Origin: Euglena gracilis
Lineage: Eukaryota
Assembly: GCA_039621445.1 (NCBI GenBank)
Contig: CP154954.1
Location: 46,169,847 to 46,233,846 of the forward strand
Direction of reading: 5' to 3'
Length of the DNA: 64,000 nucleotides
The stretch's first letter is position 1. Every line of letters starts with the position of its first letter. The translations under genes were made by a program, and so were the position numbers. Of this stretch, positions 10,611-24,200 are shown in pieces. The notes beneath the pieces are model-generated. The model saw only the letters and a program-made list of their open reading frames with translations. It was not told where the DNA came from and searched no databases.

Positions 10611-12191
10611 TGAAGGCCCAGGGTCCGGCTCAGGACACTGGCCTTTGCCAGATTTCCCATCTCCCAATCTGGCATCTCTCAGGGGGGGATACCCCCTGCC
10701 TTTGGCATTGGCCTTTCCGCCTGGTGGATCTTGAAATCTTGACATCTCCAAAATCTCCAAATCTTTCTGTAAAATGTTCCCAAATCTCAATCTTCAATTT
10801 GCAATGCACAAGACAACGCCAGACGAGCTCAAACAGTACATGGAGTTTGCCACCTGCACACAGACAAATCACAGGTGAAATTGTAATTGGCAACTCCTAA
10901 TTGTCATTTGCTAAATCCTAAAACCAAAATCACTGCACATTTCCAGGGAAAGGCAATGCAAGGCCTTAGCGGCGCTCACACTCCCCTTCTTCGGCGAGAT
11001 TTTCCGGGTTTTTGGACCCGAAAAATCGAGAAAACACACAGAAGCGACGTTAGGCCGTGCAGTGGAAACCTGGTCCCGCCCCCTTGGGCTGCCATGTCCA
11101 GACTTCGTGGTTTCCGCTCTCTTCTTTTCGGGAAGCCGTGGAAGCTCGACATGACTTCCCGAAGGGGGGGTAGCCGAGCCCCGCCGTACACCGCGTCCCA
11201 GAGCCCGAAGGCCCCCTTGAAGCGGTCCACAGTGCAGGCAGGCCAGAAAAAATACACGTCGAATTGGCCACATAAAATCCGACAGACATCTCCACTAGCC
11301 ACTTGGGCATCACAGCCACGGCACCAACCGGGCATCACCACCACTCAGCCATCGGGCGGGTCTCCACAGACATGTCGAAGTCGGGCACAGCCACCACAGA
11401 GACAGGGGTAGAAAAAATACCACAGGCAAGGCGAGCCACACAGCCACACAGGACTGGGCATCAGCCTGCCAGACAGAGAGCTGCAGATCAACATTGCAAT
11501 GCCCTGGCCACAACCAAGGCCTTCCGCCGTCGTCTTCTCTTTGCAGATTTCGATGGCAACATGCCGTTTGTAGCCCCAGGCTCTCCAGCACTGCAAACTG
11601 AGACAATCTCATCACGATCCAGAGCCATCCATGGCTCCATCTGGATTGCCACAGATCTTGTCTTGCCATCTGGCTGTTCCTCAACACTCAGCCTCAGGCA
11701 CCCAATGCGCCTCACAGGCATGGCCTTCAGAGCCTTCATCTGATGACACTTGCAATCACAGCCAGTGTGCTCACCAGAACAGCATGAATATCAGTAATGG
11801 ACAAACGTGATGTACTGTTTGTGAAGGCCCAGGGTCCGGCTCAGGACACTGGCCTTTGCCAGATTTCCCATCTCCCAATGTGGCATCTCTCAGGGGGGGA
11901 TACCCCCTGCCTTTGGCATTGGCCTTTCCACCTGGTGGATCTTGAAATCTTGACATCTCCAAAATCTCCAAATCTTTCTGTAAAATGTTCCCAAATCTCA
12001 ATCTTCAATTTGCAATGCACAAGACAACGCCAGACGAGCTCAAACAGTACATGGAGTTTGCCACCTGCACACAGACAAATCACAGGTGAAACTGTAATTG
12101 GCAACTCCTAATTGTCATTTGCTAAATCCTAAAACCAAAATCACAGCACATTTCCAGGGAAAGGCAATGCAAGGCCTTAGCGGCGCTCACA
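10611..12191 (-). mobile_element. Non-autonomous LTR element (TRIM-like) with 370-bp LTRs and a self-priming PBS
   Basis: Near-identical direct repeats 10611-10980 and 11822-12191 with TG...CA ends. TSD aagg at 10607-10610 and 12192-12195. Minus-strand PPT gaagaaggggag at 10981-10992. 11810-11821 is the exact reverse complement of LTR positions 12041-12052. Confidence 0.9.
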
Positions 12192-15100
12192 AAGGGCTTT
12201 ACTACTTTTCAACAAATGTATTACCTTATTTTTTTGTTAAGCATTGACTCACTGAACAGGTAAGCCTCCTTCCCAGCGTGTGTCACACCCATCGGTGTTT
12301 GTGTCGAGTAATCATCCCCCCGCCCAATGGGCACCCCCACACCCATCAGCGTCCACCTCTATAGAGTTACCCAATGCCCAACAGGCACAAACCCTTTTGT
12401 TAGAAAGCCAATCAGCTATCAGCTATTCCCCCCGAGGGAGATCTCGCACTGGTGCCGATAGGCACATTTGACTATGAGGAGGATGCACAACGACAACTTT
12501 TTGTCAAGGGTGGGTTATAAACGCCGTGTTTTTTCCAACCCCTCCCCATGCGCTTCCCTTCACAAGTCCAATAGAACAAATGCCAGCACCACCCGATGCG
12601 GATCATTTTCCTGCATTGCCATGGCACCCGGAGATGCGTTTGACGGCACCCGCTAATGCAAGCCCCGCAAAATCCATGAGCAATGATGTGGAAGAGTTGG
12701 GAAATACTTCCATTCATCCCGTTACCGTGATTCAGCGCATAGTCGCAAACCTCCCGGTTGACCACCCGCTTGTGTGGCAAATTTCTCCTGCCCACACTTG
12801 TGTTGCAGATTGCGCTATGCCGCTTAACAAGGTTTTGAGTTTTTGATGAAAACAACCAAAAGGTTGTGGAAAACAAGCTGGATTACTTATGGAGATATGT
12901 GCGTGATGTTGGTGAATCTTGCCAAACAAATTTTCACTCCACCAATGTGGACCGAGCAACTTTGCGTCAAGGTTTGCAGAAGTTGCGTGAACCCCCCATT
13001 GAAAATCCCAATTTGGGACAAGTGATCAATCTGCTGCAATTATCTACCCTTGCAACTGCATTTCAGGAAGCACAACGGCGCATTCTCCATTTGAGCGGTG
13101 ATTCCGCGAACTTTTCCCACTGTTTTTCCCAAGCGCATGAAAGTTTGGCCCACTTGAGCATCCCCTTGGGGGTTGCCTTTTGGCCCCCTCAACCTTCCCC
13201 TTCCTTTACCAACCCTTGCCTTGGCCAAAATGGCCGTTGGGTCCCCTTGGGGGCCAGTGGGGCCTCAAAAGGCCCTTGGGGGCCTTGGAGCCCCCTCGCG
13301 GCCCTTCGTGGCCCCTTTGGGCCCCCTTGTGACCCCTCCTTGGGGCGGGCACCGCCGGACCGCGCACAAGATTTTCAGTGGACCATAGATTAACAGCCAA
13401 CGAGGGGACGTTAATTTTGACACAGCCAGACCCTGAAAATTTAATGTTCGCAGATTTAACAGCTGAGTCTTCTAATCTGGCCATAGGGGGGCCAGCCGGG
13501 CTGTTAAATCAAGCAGGGTCTAACATGGAAATCAGGGGGGATGAGGAAATGGGAACTCGCACTACCTGTTTTTCAGCCCCCCCCGTTTTTGGACCACGGC
13601 CCCCCGAATCAAATTGTCAGATGATGGGGGGTGACGCAATGACGTTAGTTTGACTCATGGACCAATGGGCACATGGGGTGGATTGTTATTAACAGGCATT
13701 GAGCCGAAGCATAACTAACCGGGAGAGCATAATTCCCTCCAAGGTCGTAATTGAAAATCGGCTGGAAGATTGTGAGAAGAATTTGGCTGAAAAGAATGCC
13801 AGAGCACAGGCAGAACTTTTGCAATCCATTCCTGAAAATTTGGAGAGGCGAACGGCTGAAATGTGCAGCCAGTTTGAGCACGAAAAACAAAAATTCAGGA
13901 GCAAATTCAGCAATCAGTCAGTCAATTTACTTTTTGATGCCAGGATAGGGGGAGTGCTGTGGAAAACATTGCGAACAGCCACAAACAGCTTTTGGGGATT
14001 GAAGTTAAAAGGCAGATCGAAGGAAAGTTTCATGATCTTGAGAAAAAGTTACGAGATTTTCTGGGTTGTCAACTGGCACAATTTGAGAGCCATGGAAAAC
14101 ATGGCCAGATAAAATTGTTTGCACCAGGTGGGTTGATCGAACAAGTTGGAATTTGTTCGCATTCTGTTGAGGGAATTAACTCAGGTTTTCAGAAGGAAAT
14201 TTTGGCAGTTCGACAAGCAAATTGTGAGCTATGCTCTGGGGTGGACAGAAAAATTGCTGAAAACGCTGCTGGGCTGAAAATGGTGGGGGAGGAATCAAAA
14301 TCAAGTTTTGGGACATTGGCCCAGGAAAATCAGCAGCGATTTGAAGCAACTAGAAACGAAAGCAAAGCTCTTGGGGGCAGGATCACAGCAACTGAGAAAT
14401 TTCTGGGCAGCCAAGAGGTGCCTTGGGTGAAGGTGGTTGAAATGCTGGGGAAATCAGAAGCAACAATTCAACTGGATGTTTGGAGGGAAATGGCCGCCCA
14501 GGTCAGAAAAATGATGAAATCTTTGATGGTGCAAATGAAGGATGAAAATCTGAGGCAAACCCAAAAGGAAGAACACTTTTAAAAACTGCAAACTGACATT
14601 GAAATGGAGTGAAACAGCAATTTTTCACAGTTTTGATGAACATGCAGACAGATTTTCAGTGTGAAAAGAGTTAACGGGATGGTTTGCAAAAAACCGTATC
14701 AAACTTTGCGGTTCGGGAAATTTCAGCCGAAAATGCACAGCAAACTGACCGCAAGGCTCCTATGTGGCCCAGCCCAAGGCTACAAATCAAAAGAATTAAG
14801 GATTTTTTGGAATTAAGAGGGTGTCACCGGCTCAGTCATCTGGGATTTTCGGGATTAAGGGGGTGACCACAACGATGCCATGTGAAGTCTGGGATGTAGA
14901 TCTGAGCGGGGGCAGACCATCAAGTAGTTTGCAGGGGGTGCAGTTGCAAAAAATCAGGTCATTGGCAATTGTGCAATGGGGGAGGCACCCCAACAACCCG
15001 CAGTCATAAGTGTTGGTAACCCAGCGGTGCAGCATGTGTTGAGAAATTTGATTGCACCCAAATTTTCGGGGAAATTTCAGGATTGGCGGCAATTTTGTGA

Positions 15101-16775
15101 GGATTGGCAGGCGTTTTCAAGGAAACTGAATTCTGCAGGGGGGGGGGAGTGAGTGAAGATTTTAAAGTTGCTCTGTTGGAGGATTGTCTTGAGGAAACGA
15201 GCAAAAAAATTATGAAGCTCCTTCTCAAAAATTCCCCCTCGTGAATTTCCGACACTTTTGTGGGTCTTTTCCCAAGCATTCTCCCCAAGCTTTCCGAAAC
15301 CATTTCTGAATCGTATTCACTGGCACCTTTAGGCGTAAGGTTGGCTGAATATTCAGCCTCCTTTTCTTTTTATATGAAACCCATTTTAGGATGAATGAGA
15401 GAAGTTTCTGCAACAAATGTCGTTTTGCTTCCCCCTCCTTGACATCCTTAACCTTGCACTTGGCCATCTTGAACTTTGCCTGAAACTCAAGCCAGTGCTC
15501 AAGGGCTACTTTGCCCATATTAAAAAGGCTCACCTGCTGCCAACTTTGTTTTGCCCCACCTTCCTGATTCCCTGAAAATGTCATTTCCAGGTGACCCTAA
15601 ACGGCATTAAAATTTATTCGAAGTCATTTTCCCTGACATTTCTGCCTATGAAAAAGTCAAAAGTTTTTATGGCAAAGAGTTTGGCGATTCAATCGTTTTG
15701 TTTCAGGTTCAGGAAATTGAACCAATTTCGACCACCGAGGATATATGCAACCTCGTGAAAGCAAAGTTGACACTCAGAAACAAACATGAACCCTTGCAAA
15801 GTTCTGTTTCATCCCCAGGCTATCAAGGGTTTAGGCGTTCAAGATCGGTTGTCGCTGAAAACCGAGGGGGGAGACAATCGGGGAGTCGGAAGAGTTCACC
15901 TGGGTATACCCCGGGTAGGGCAACGACGCCTCCCCCAACCAGAAGCAAATCGCAAATCAGCGAAACAGCATAACCTGATCAATCTGTTGCGTTATTATCC
16001 TCAAATGTGCAGACATCAAGCACTTCTTCAAGGCTGACAACGGTGGAGAACCCACCCAAGGCAAAGACCGGTGGTGGGGGGGCACAATGGATCCCTCCCC
16101 CGTCACAATCAACAACGCCCTATTTTGCTAGACAAGCCCCGTGGAACAGAAACAATTTTCAGCCGTATGACAAGGGCAGCCAATGGAAAGGGGGGAACAA
16201 TTCCCAGGGATATGGGGAAAATAACCCCCAATGGTATGGGGGTAACCAACAGGGGTACAAGGGGAAGGGTGGTAAGGGCAGGGGGAGACAGAAGGTTATG
16301 TATGACCAGAATTTCAGTGTCAAAGGGGGGAAGGGCAAGAACAATAACCCTACACCAACGATGGCCCCCCTGTACGCCTTTAGGGATGATGGGGTAAAAT
16401 TTATCAGGGGCTTATAACCCCAGGCAGTGAAACCCCCAAGCAAGCTTCTAAACCCGACCCTTCCACCCATAAACTCCAAACCACGAACAATCGAACCACA
16501 AACGAAATGACCGGGAGCGGAGCTTGGAGTGAAGTCAAATTGGCTGGCCGAGCTTAGCGTGATGGAGTGAGGGAGCGAGAAGCCAAGACCCCCCGGAGCC
16601 AAGGAGAGCAGGCACGGCGAGGAGGCGGGCGAAGGAGGTATGAAGGGGAAGCGAATCCCCTCCCATTCCTTTCGCGTGCACATCCCTCCCAATTCCACAT
16701 GCCAATACAAAACTATCATGATTGTTTGAGTGGGAATAGGTGGGCCTCAAACAAAAAGTTGGCCAGAAACTTTCC

Positions 16776-17380
16776 AGGGAATTGGACCTTTATTCTGGGA
16801 AACATTCAGTGGAAAATTGGTTGCAGGAAAAACGTTATGAGGCGATTTCAGTGGACATCAACCCAGGTTTTCACCCAACCCATCCCGTGGACTTTCCTAC
16901 CGTGGGAGTATCGAGCATACCCCCCTGGAAACTTTCAGGTCATAACGGCATGTGTGCCTTGCACGGGGTATAGCCGTGCTAAGACGGTGGGAGAAAGAAG
17001 TTTGGAGTGGCAGACCAACTTGTGACAATAACTTTGGAAATCGTGGAATGTTTTCAGCCCAAATTATGGTGGATTGAAAATCCCCGAACGGGACTTTTGC
17101 CAAAAAGGCATTGTGTGCAACACTTGAATTTTATCGATGTGGATTATTGTCAACGTTCTGACTGGGGATACCAAAAACCCACTCGGATTTGGGGGAATGA
17201 AAATTTGTTGAGTTTGAAAACAAACTTTGTGATGGGAAAAACCTGCCCGCATTTGATTGTGAGGGAAGGGGGTGGTTTGGTTCACAAAGAACAGTTTGGA
17301 GGAAACGGAATGAGGGTGAGCATTCAACAAAATGGGGGCCACCTGAAAAATTAGTTGAGTACCTTCTTTCGGCCCTTGAT
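16776..17380 (+). pseudogene. C5-cytosine DNA methyltransferase domain in element A, copy 1 (frameshifted)
   Basis: Motif I LDLYSG, II SVDIN, IV VPCTGYS (catalytic PC), VI WWIENP and VIII-like DYCQ...YQKPTRIW. Confidence 0.85.
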
Positions 17381-17409
17381 TTTAAGAAGAAAAGATTTTC
17401 CTTTAAGTG

Positions 17410-17790
17410 TGAGGCTTATGCCGTTCGAAACTCATTTGTGCACATGATCGAGGAGAATTTTCAAATAAGGGCCGAGAGAGGTGGATTTTTTTGCTTCTAC
17501 CCAAAATTCTCAGTGCACATCATGTTTGACCGAGAAGGGAAATGCTTTGGCGGTACCATGGGGAGGGGTGGGGCACGGTTTGGTTGAACCCCTCCTTGGT
17601 CATTATGGCCAAAGGTGGCAAAGAAATTGCGATTGCATCTTGCGTGATTGGAGCAAAGTTTGGGTAAGGTAATTTATCGGGAGGCATCAAAAAGTTTTAT
17701 TTTCCACCCGGAAGCAAGCTTTTTGAGGTGGATTGGAAACGAATGTGGGGTGTTAGGTAGGGAGTTTGGGCCTTGTTGATAGAGGGTAAT
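17410..17790 (+). pseudogene. Dam-like N6-adenine DNA methyltransferase domain in element A, copy 1 (frameshifted)
   Basis: EAYAV...DFFAS..NS...NAL..PW; WLNPPW is restored by removing one C from the run at about 17589-17592; followed by DW...LFE...VRW-like motifs. Confidence 0.75.
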
Positions 17791-20700
17791 AAGTCCCCCG
17801 CTATCACCGGCAACCCCAGGGAACCTAGGGTGGTACAGTTGAAGTTACGAATGTTTAAAAGGAGGTACCCACCCACAGGGATTAAGAAATTTTTGAAGGA
17901 CCGACGACTTTTGATTCGGACTAGGGTTGTTTTGGGGAACGGTGAGGAACAAAATATGGACATTTTGGCAGACACCGGTGCCGAGCCTAACCTCATTAGG
18001 CAAGGGTTAGTGAGTGAGCACCTGATGTATTCGGCCGAACACCCCTTGAGGTTTGAAACCACTAACGGTCAAGCCTTGAGTGGTGGGGGGAGGTGCACTA
18101 ATGTGGTGATGACGTTGCAAGGGGAGGTGAGTGACAACACACCACCCACATATTTTGAGTACGATGTGTAATTTTAAGAAGCCAATATAAAAGTCGACGT
18201 AATTCTATCATACCGATGGTTTGTATGCACAAAAATCGAAGTTTTTCCACACCACCGTGCCTTGGTAGTGGAGGAACCGGAATTGACATTTTTGTTCGGA
18301 GTGAGAGATCACAGGAGAAAACGGCAACGAAAAGTCCCTTGCACCCTACCCCAAGGAGGGGGTGTGACAAATTTGGAAAAGCTTGGCTTTCGCATTCTGA
18401 TGGAGGGTTATTGATTAATGGGGAAAAGCCTTGGACGAAGATTCACTCAAAAATTTGGGCAGGAATTTGGAAACTGCAAGTGACAACCCCCTACTGTTAT
18501 TCACAAAATGATCACTGCAAGGGAGTGGAAGGGGAGTAAAGAAACGGAATCCGAAGAGGAAGACATAATAATAAAGCTAAGAGAGGAAATTTTTGGAAGG
18601 TATGATGGAACCGTATTTCGGTCTAAGGAACAACCCGACCCACCCGTAAGAGGTCCATATGGTTATGCATTATTATCTTTGCAAGAAGGAGCGCGGCCTA
18701 CCCGACAAAAACCTTTTTTCATGCACGGGGAACGAAAAGAAGCTTTGGAAAAAATCACTCAAGATTGGATCGATATGAAATTCATCGAGCCAGCCACAAC
18801 AAAATATTCAGAATGGCTCTCACAAACATTCCCTGTGCCCAAAAAGTCAGCCGATTTCCCTTGGAGGGGGGTTTTGACACAAGGGGACACAACAGCCAAT
18901 CCAGTAGATGCAACCGCCGTCTTCCTAAAATCGAACACATCCTGGTGAAGAATGGTGCAAAAGATGTTCTCCATTTTGGATTTAAAACAAGCCTTCCACC
19001 AACAGCCGCTTTACCCGGATAGCAGGCCTATAACTTGCTCCTTCACACCAAAGGGTCTTTACCAATGGAGGGTGAATGTAATGGGGTTGTGGCATTAGAC
19101 ATGTCCCTACCTTTCAGATGAATTAGGCTGCGCCAGATAATGCCCGCGTGCTGCACACTCCGATTTTTGTTTTTTATGTACAGCCAGACCTCATGAATTG
19201 ATTGCTGGACCCATGGGTCGTGGCCCCCTGGCGTATATCTGGATCAATGGACTGACTGAAGGTTTGTGCTGTGGCTGAAGTTTGAAAAATTGAAGTGGAA
19301 GTTGCCTGCCAATGGGTAGTAAAATCATTTTGGTGCAGTTATCCACACTTGCAACTTGATTTCAGGAAGCTTAATGGCTCATTTCCAGTTGAGCGGTGAT
19401 TTCGCGAACTTTTCCCACTGTTTTTCCCAAGCGCATGAAAGTTCTGCCTACTTGTGCATCCCCTTGGGGGTTGCCTTTTGGCCCCCTCAACCTGCCCCCT
19501 CCTTTACCTACCCTTGCCTTGGCCAAAAAGTCTGTGGGGTCCCCTTGGGGGCCAGTGGGGCCTCAAAAGGCCCTTGTGGGGCCTTGGAGCCCCCTCGCGG
19601 CCCTTCGTGGCCCCTTTGGGCCCCCTTGTGACCCCTCCTTGGGGCGGGCACCGCCGGACCGCGCACAAGATTTTCAGTGGACCATAGATTAACAGCCAAC
19701 GAGGGGACGTTAATTTTGACACAGCCAGACCCTTAAAATTTAATGTCAGCAGATTTAACAGCCGAGTCTTCTAATCTGGCCATAGGGTGGCCAGCCGGGC
19801 TGTTAAATCATGCAGGGTCTAACATGGAAATCAGGAGGGATGAGGAAATGGGAACTCGCACTACCTGTTTTTCAGCCCCCCGTTTTTGGACCACGGCCCC
19901 CCGAATCAAATTGTCAGATGATGGGGGGTGATGCAATGACTTTACTTTGACTCATGGACCAATGGGCACATGGGGCGGATTGTTATTAACAGGAATTGAG
20001 CCGAAGCATAACTAACCGGGAGAGCATAATTCCCTCCAAGGTCGTAATTGAAAATCGGCTGGAAGTTGTGAGAAGAATTTGGCTGAAAAGAATGCCAGAG
20101 CACAGGCAGGACTTTTGCAATCCATTCCTGAAAATTTGGAGAGGCGAACGGCTGAAATGTGCAGCCAGTTTGAGCACGAAAAACAAAAATTCAGGAGCAA
20201 ATTCAGCAATCAGTCAGTCAATTTACTTTTTGATGCCAGGATAGGGGGAGTGCTGTGGAAAACATTGCGAACAGCCACAAACAGCTTTTGGGGATTGAAG
20301 TTAAAAGGCAGATCGAAGGAAAGTTTCATGATCTTGAGAAAAAGTTACGAGATTTTCTGGGTTGTCAACTAGCACAATTTGAGAGCCATGGAAAAGACGT
20401 CCAGATAAAATTGTTTGCACCAGGTGGGTTGATCGAACAAGTTGGAATTTGTTCGCATTCTGTTGAGGGAATTAACTCAGGTTTTCAGAAGGAAATTTTG
20501 GCAGTTCGACAAGCAAATCGTGGCCTATGCTCTGGGGTGGACAGAAAAATTGCTGAAAACGCTGCTGGGCTGAAAATGGTGGGGGAGGAATCAAAATCAA
20601 GTTTTGGGACATTGGCCCAGGAAAATCAGCAGCGATTTGAAGCAACTAGAAACGAAAGCAAAGCTCTTGGGGGCAGGATCACAGCAACTGAGAAATTTCT

Positions 20701-23190
20701 GGGCAGCCAGGAGGTGCCTTGGGTGAAGGTGGTTGAAATGCTGTGGAAATCAGAAGCAACAATTCAACTGGATGTTTGGAGGGAAATGGCCGCCCAGGTC
20801 AGAAAAATGATGAAATCTTTGATGGTGCAAATGAAGGATGAAAATCTGAGGCAAAACCAAAAGGAAGAACATTTTTAAAAACTGCAAACTGACATTGAAA
20901 TGGAGTGAAACAGCAATTTTTCACAGTTTTGATGACATGCAGACGGATTTTCAGTGTGAAAAGAGTTAACGGGATGGTTTGCAAAAAACCGTATCAAACT
21001 TTGCGGTTCGGGAAATTTCAGCCGAAAATGCACAGCAAACTGACCGCAAGGCTCCTATGTGGCCCAGCCCAAGGCTACAAATCAAAAGAATTAAGGATTT
21101 TTTGGAATTAAGAGGGTGTCACCAGCTCAATCATCTGAGGTTTTCGGGATTAAGGGGGTGACCACAACGATGCCGTGTGAAGTCTGGGATGTAGATCTGA
21201 GCGGGTGCAGACCATCAAGTAGTTTGCAGGGGGTGCAGTTGCAATAAATCAGGTCATTGGCATTTGTGCCATTGGGCGGGAACCCCAGCGACCCGCAGTC
21301 ATAAGTGTTGGTAACTCAGCGGTGCAGCATGTGTTGAGAAATTTGATTGCACCCAAATTTTCGGGGAAATCTCATGATTGGCTGCAATTTTGTGAGGATT
21401 GGCAGGAATTTTCAAGGAAACTGAATTCTGCAGGGGGGGGAGTGAGTGAAGATTATAAAGTTGCTCTGTTGCTGGATTGTCTTGACAAAACGAGCAAAAA
21501 AATTCTATAGCTTCATCTCAATAAAGGGGTGATAAATTTTAATGCCGTTTAGGGTCACCTGGAAATGACATTTTCAGGGAATCAGGAAGGTGGGGCAAAA
21601 CAAAGTTGGCAGCAGGTGAGCCTTTTTAATATGGGCAAAGTAGCCCTTGAGCACTGGCTTGAGTTTCAGGCAAAGTTCAATATGGCCAAGTACAAGGTTA
21701 AGGATGTCGGGGAGGGGGAAGCAAAACGACATTTGTTGCAGAAACTTCCCTCATTCATCCTAAAATGGGTTTCATATGACAGGAAAAGGAGGCGGAATAA
21801 TCAGCCAACCTTACGCCTTTCGGCATCCCCTTTTTTTTTATGCCTCCCTCCTCTACCTTCTTCTTTCACTTTGTTCTTCCTTTCATGTTCCGGAGGTCGG
21901 ATATGCTTCCTACTAGCCATCACCTTACGCCTAAAGGTGCCAGTGAATAGGATTCAGAAATGGTTTCGGACAGCTTGGGGAGAATGCTTGGGAAAAGACC
22001 CACAAAAGTGTCGGAAATGCACGAGGGGAAATTCGAAGTCATTTTCCCTGACATTTCTGCCTATGAAAAAGTCAAAAGTTTTTATGGCAAAGAGTTTGAC
22101 GATTCAATCGTTTTGTTTCAGGTTCAGGAAATTGAACCAATTTCGACCACCGAGGATATCTTCAACCTCGTGAAAGCAAAGTTGACACTCAGAAACAAAC
22201 ATGAAGCCTTGCAAAGTTCTGTTTCATCCCCAGGCTATCAAGGGCTTTGGCGTTCAAGATCGGTTGGCGCTGAAAATCGAGGGGGGAGACAATCGGGGAG
22301 TCGGAAGAGTTCACCTGGGTGTACCCCGGGTAGGGCAATGAAACCTCCCCCAACCAGAAGCAAATCGCAAATCAGCGAAACAGCATAACCTGATCAATCT
22401 GTTGCGTTATAATCTTCAAATGTGCAGACATCAAGCACTTCTTCAAGGCTGACAACGGTGGAGAACCCACCCAATGGGCAAAGACCGGTGGTGGGGGGGC
22501 ACAATGGATCCCACCCCCGTCACAGTCAACAACGCCCTATTTTGCCAGACAAGCCCCGTGGAACAGAAACAATTTTCAGCCGTATGACAAGGGCAGCCAA
22601 TGGAAAGGGGGGAACAATTCCCAGGGTTATGGGGAAAATAACCCCCAATGGTATGGGGGTAACCAACAGGGGTACAAGGGGAAGGGTGGTAAGGGCAGGG
22701 GGAGACAGAAGGTTATGACCAGAATTTCAGTGTCAAAGGGGGGAAGGGCAAGAACAATAACCCTACACCAACGATTGCCACCCCTGTACGCCTTTAGGGA
22801 TGATGGGGTAAAATTTATCAGGGGCTTATAACCCCAGGCAGTGAAACCCCCAACCCAGCTTCTAAACCCGACCCTTCCACCCATAAACTCCAAACCACGA
22901 ACAATCGAACCACAAACGAAATGACCGGGAGCGGAGCTTGGAGTGAAGTCAAATTGGCTGGCCGAGCTTAGTGTGATGGAGTGAGGGAGCGAGAAGCCAA
23001 GACCCCCCGGAGCCAAGGAGAGCAGTCACGGCGAGGAGGCGGGCGAAGGAGGTATGAAGGGGAAGCGAATCCCCTCCCATTCCTTTCGCGTGCACATCCC
23101 TCCAAATTCTACATGCCAATTCAAAACTATCATGATTGTTTGAGTGGGAATAGGTGGGCCTCAAACAAAAAGTTGGCCAGAAACTTTCCC

Positions 23191-23795
23191 AGGGAATTGG
23201 ACCTTTATTCTGGGAAACATTCAGTGAAAAATTGGTTGCAGGAAAAGCGTTATGAGGCGATTTCAGTGGACATCAACCCAGGTTTTCTCCCAACCCATCC
23301 CGTGGACATTCCTACCGTGGGAGTATCGAGCATACCCCCCTGGAAACTTTCAGGTCATAACGGCATGTGTGCCTTGCACGGGGTATAGCCGTGCTAAGAC
23401 GGTGGGAGAAAGAAGTTTGGAGTGGCAGACCAACTTGTGACAATAACTTTGGAAATCGTGGAATGTTTTCAGCCCAAATTATGGTGGATTGAAAATCCCC
23501 GAACGGGACTTTTGCCAAAAAGGCATTGTGTGCAACACTTGAATTTTATCGATGTGGATTATTGTCAATGTTCTGACTGGGGATACCAAAAACCCACTCG
23601 GATTTGGGTGAGTGAAAATCTGTTGAGTTTGAGAACAAACTTTGTGATGGGAAAAACCTGCCCGCATTTGATTGTGAGGGAAGGGGGTAGTTTGGTTCAC
23701 AAAGAACAGTGTGGAGGAAACGGAATGAGGGTGAGCATTCAACAAAAATGGGGGCCACCTGAAAAATTGGTTGAGTACCTTCTTTCGGCCCTTGA
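23191..23795 (+). pseudogene. C5-cytosine DNA methyltransferase domain in element A, copy 2
   Basis: RELDLYSGKHS, VPCTGYSRAKT, WWIENPRTG, DYCQCSDWGYQKPTRIW and motif X-like PPEKLVEYLL, spread across ORFs 22981-23388, 23252-23440 and 23422-24003. Confidence 0.85.
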
Positions 23796-23825
23796 TTTTA
23801 AGAAGAAAAGATTTTCCTTTAAGTG

Positions 23826-24200
23826 TGAGGCTTATGCCGTTCGAAACTCATTTGTGCACATGATCGAGGAGAATTTTCAAATAAGGGCCGAGAGAGGTGG
23901 ATGTTTTTGCTTCTACCCAAAATTCTCAGTGCACATCACGTTTGACCGAGAAGGGAAATGCTTTGGCGGTACCATGGGGAGGGGTGGGGCACGGTTTGGT
24001 TGAACCCCCCCTTTGTCATTATGGCCAAAGGTGGCAAAGAAATTGCGATTGCATCTTGCGTGATTGGAGCAAAGGTTGGGTAAGGTAATTTCTCGGGAGG
24101 CATCAAAAAGATTCATTTTCCACCCGGAAGCAAGCTTTTTGAGGTGGATTGGAAACCAATGGGGGGTGTTAGGTGGGCAGTTTGGGCCTTGTTGATAGAG
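23826..24200 (+). pseudogene. Dam-like N6-adenine DNA methyltransferase domain in element A, copy 2
   Basis: EAYAVRNSF...DVFASTQNS...GNALAVPW...VWLNPP...DWSKGW...GSKLFEV...GGVRWAVWALL, reading across frameshifts. Confidence 0.75.

Noticed and set aside
12450-12462. tggtgccgatagg as the PBS of element A
   Set aside because: No upstream sequence matches the candidate 3' LTR, and it lies in apparently coding sequence.
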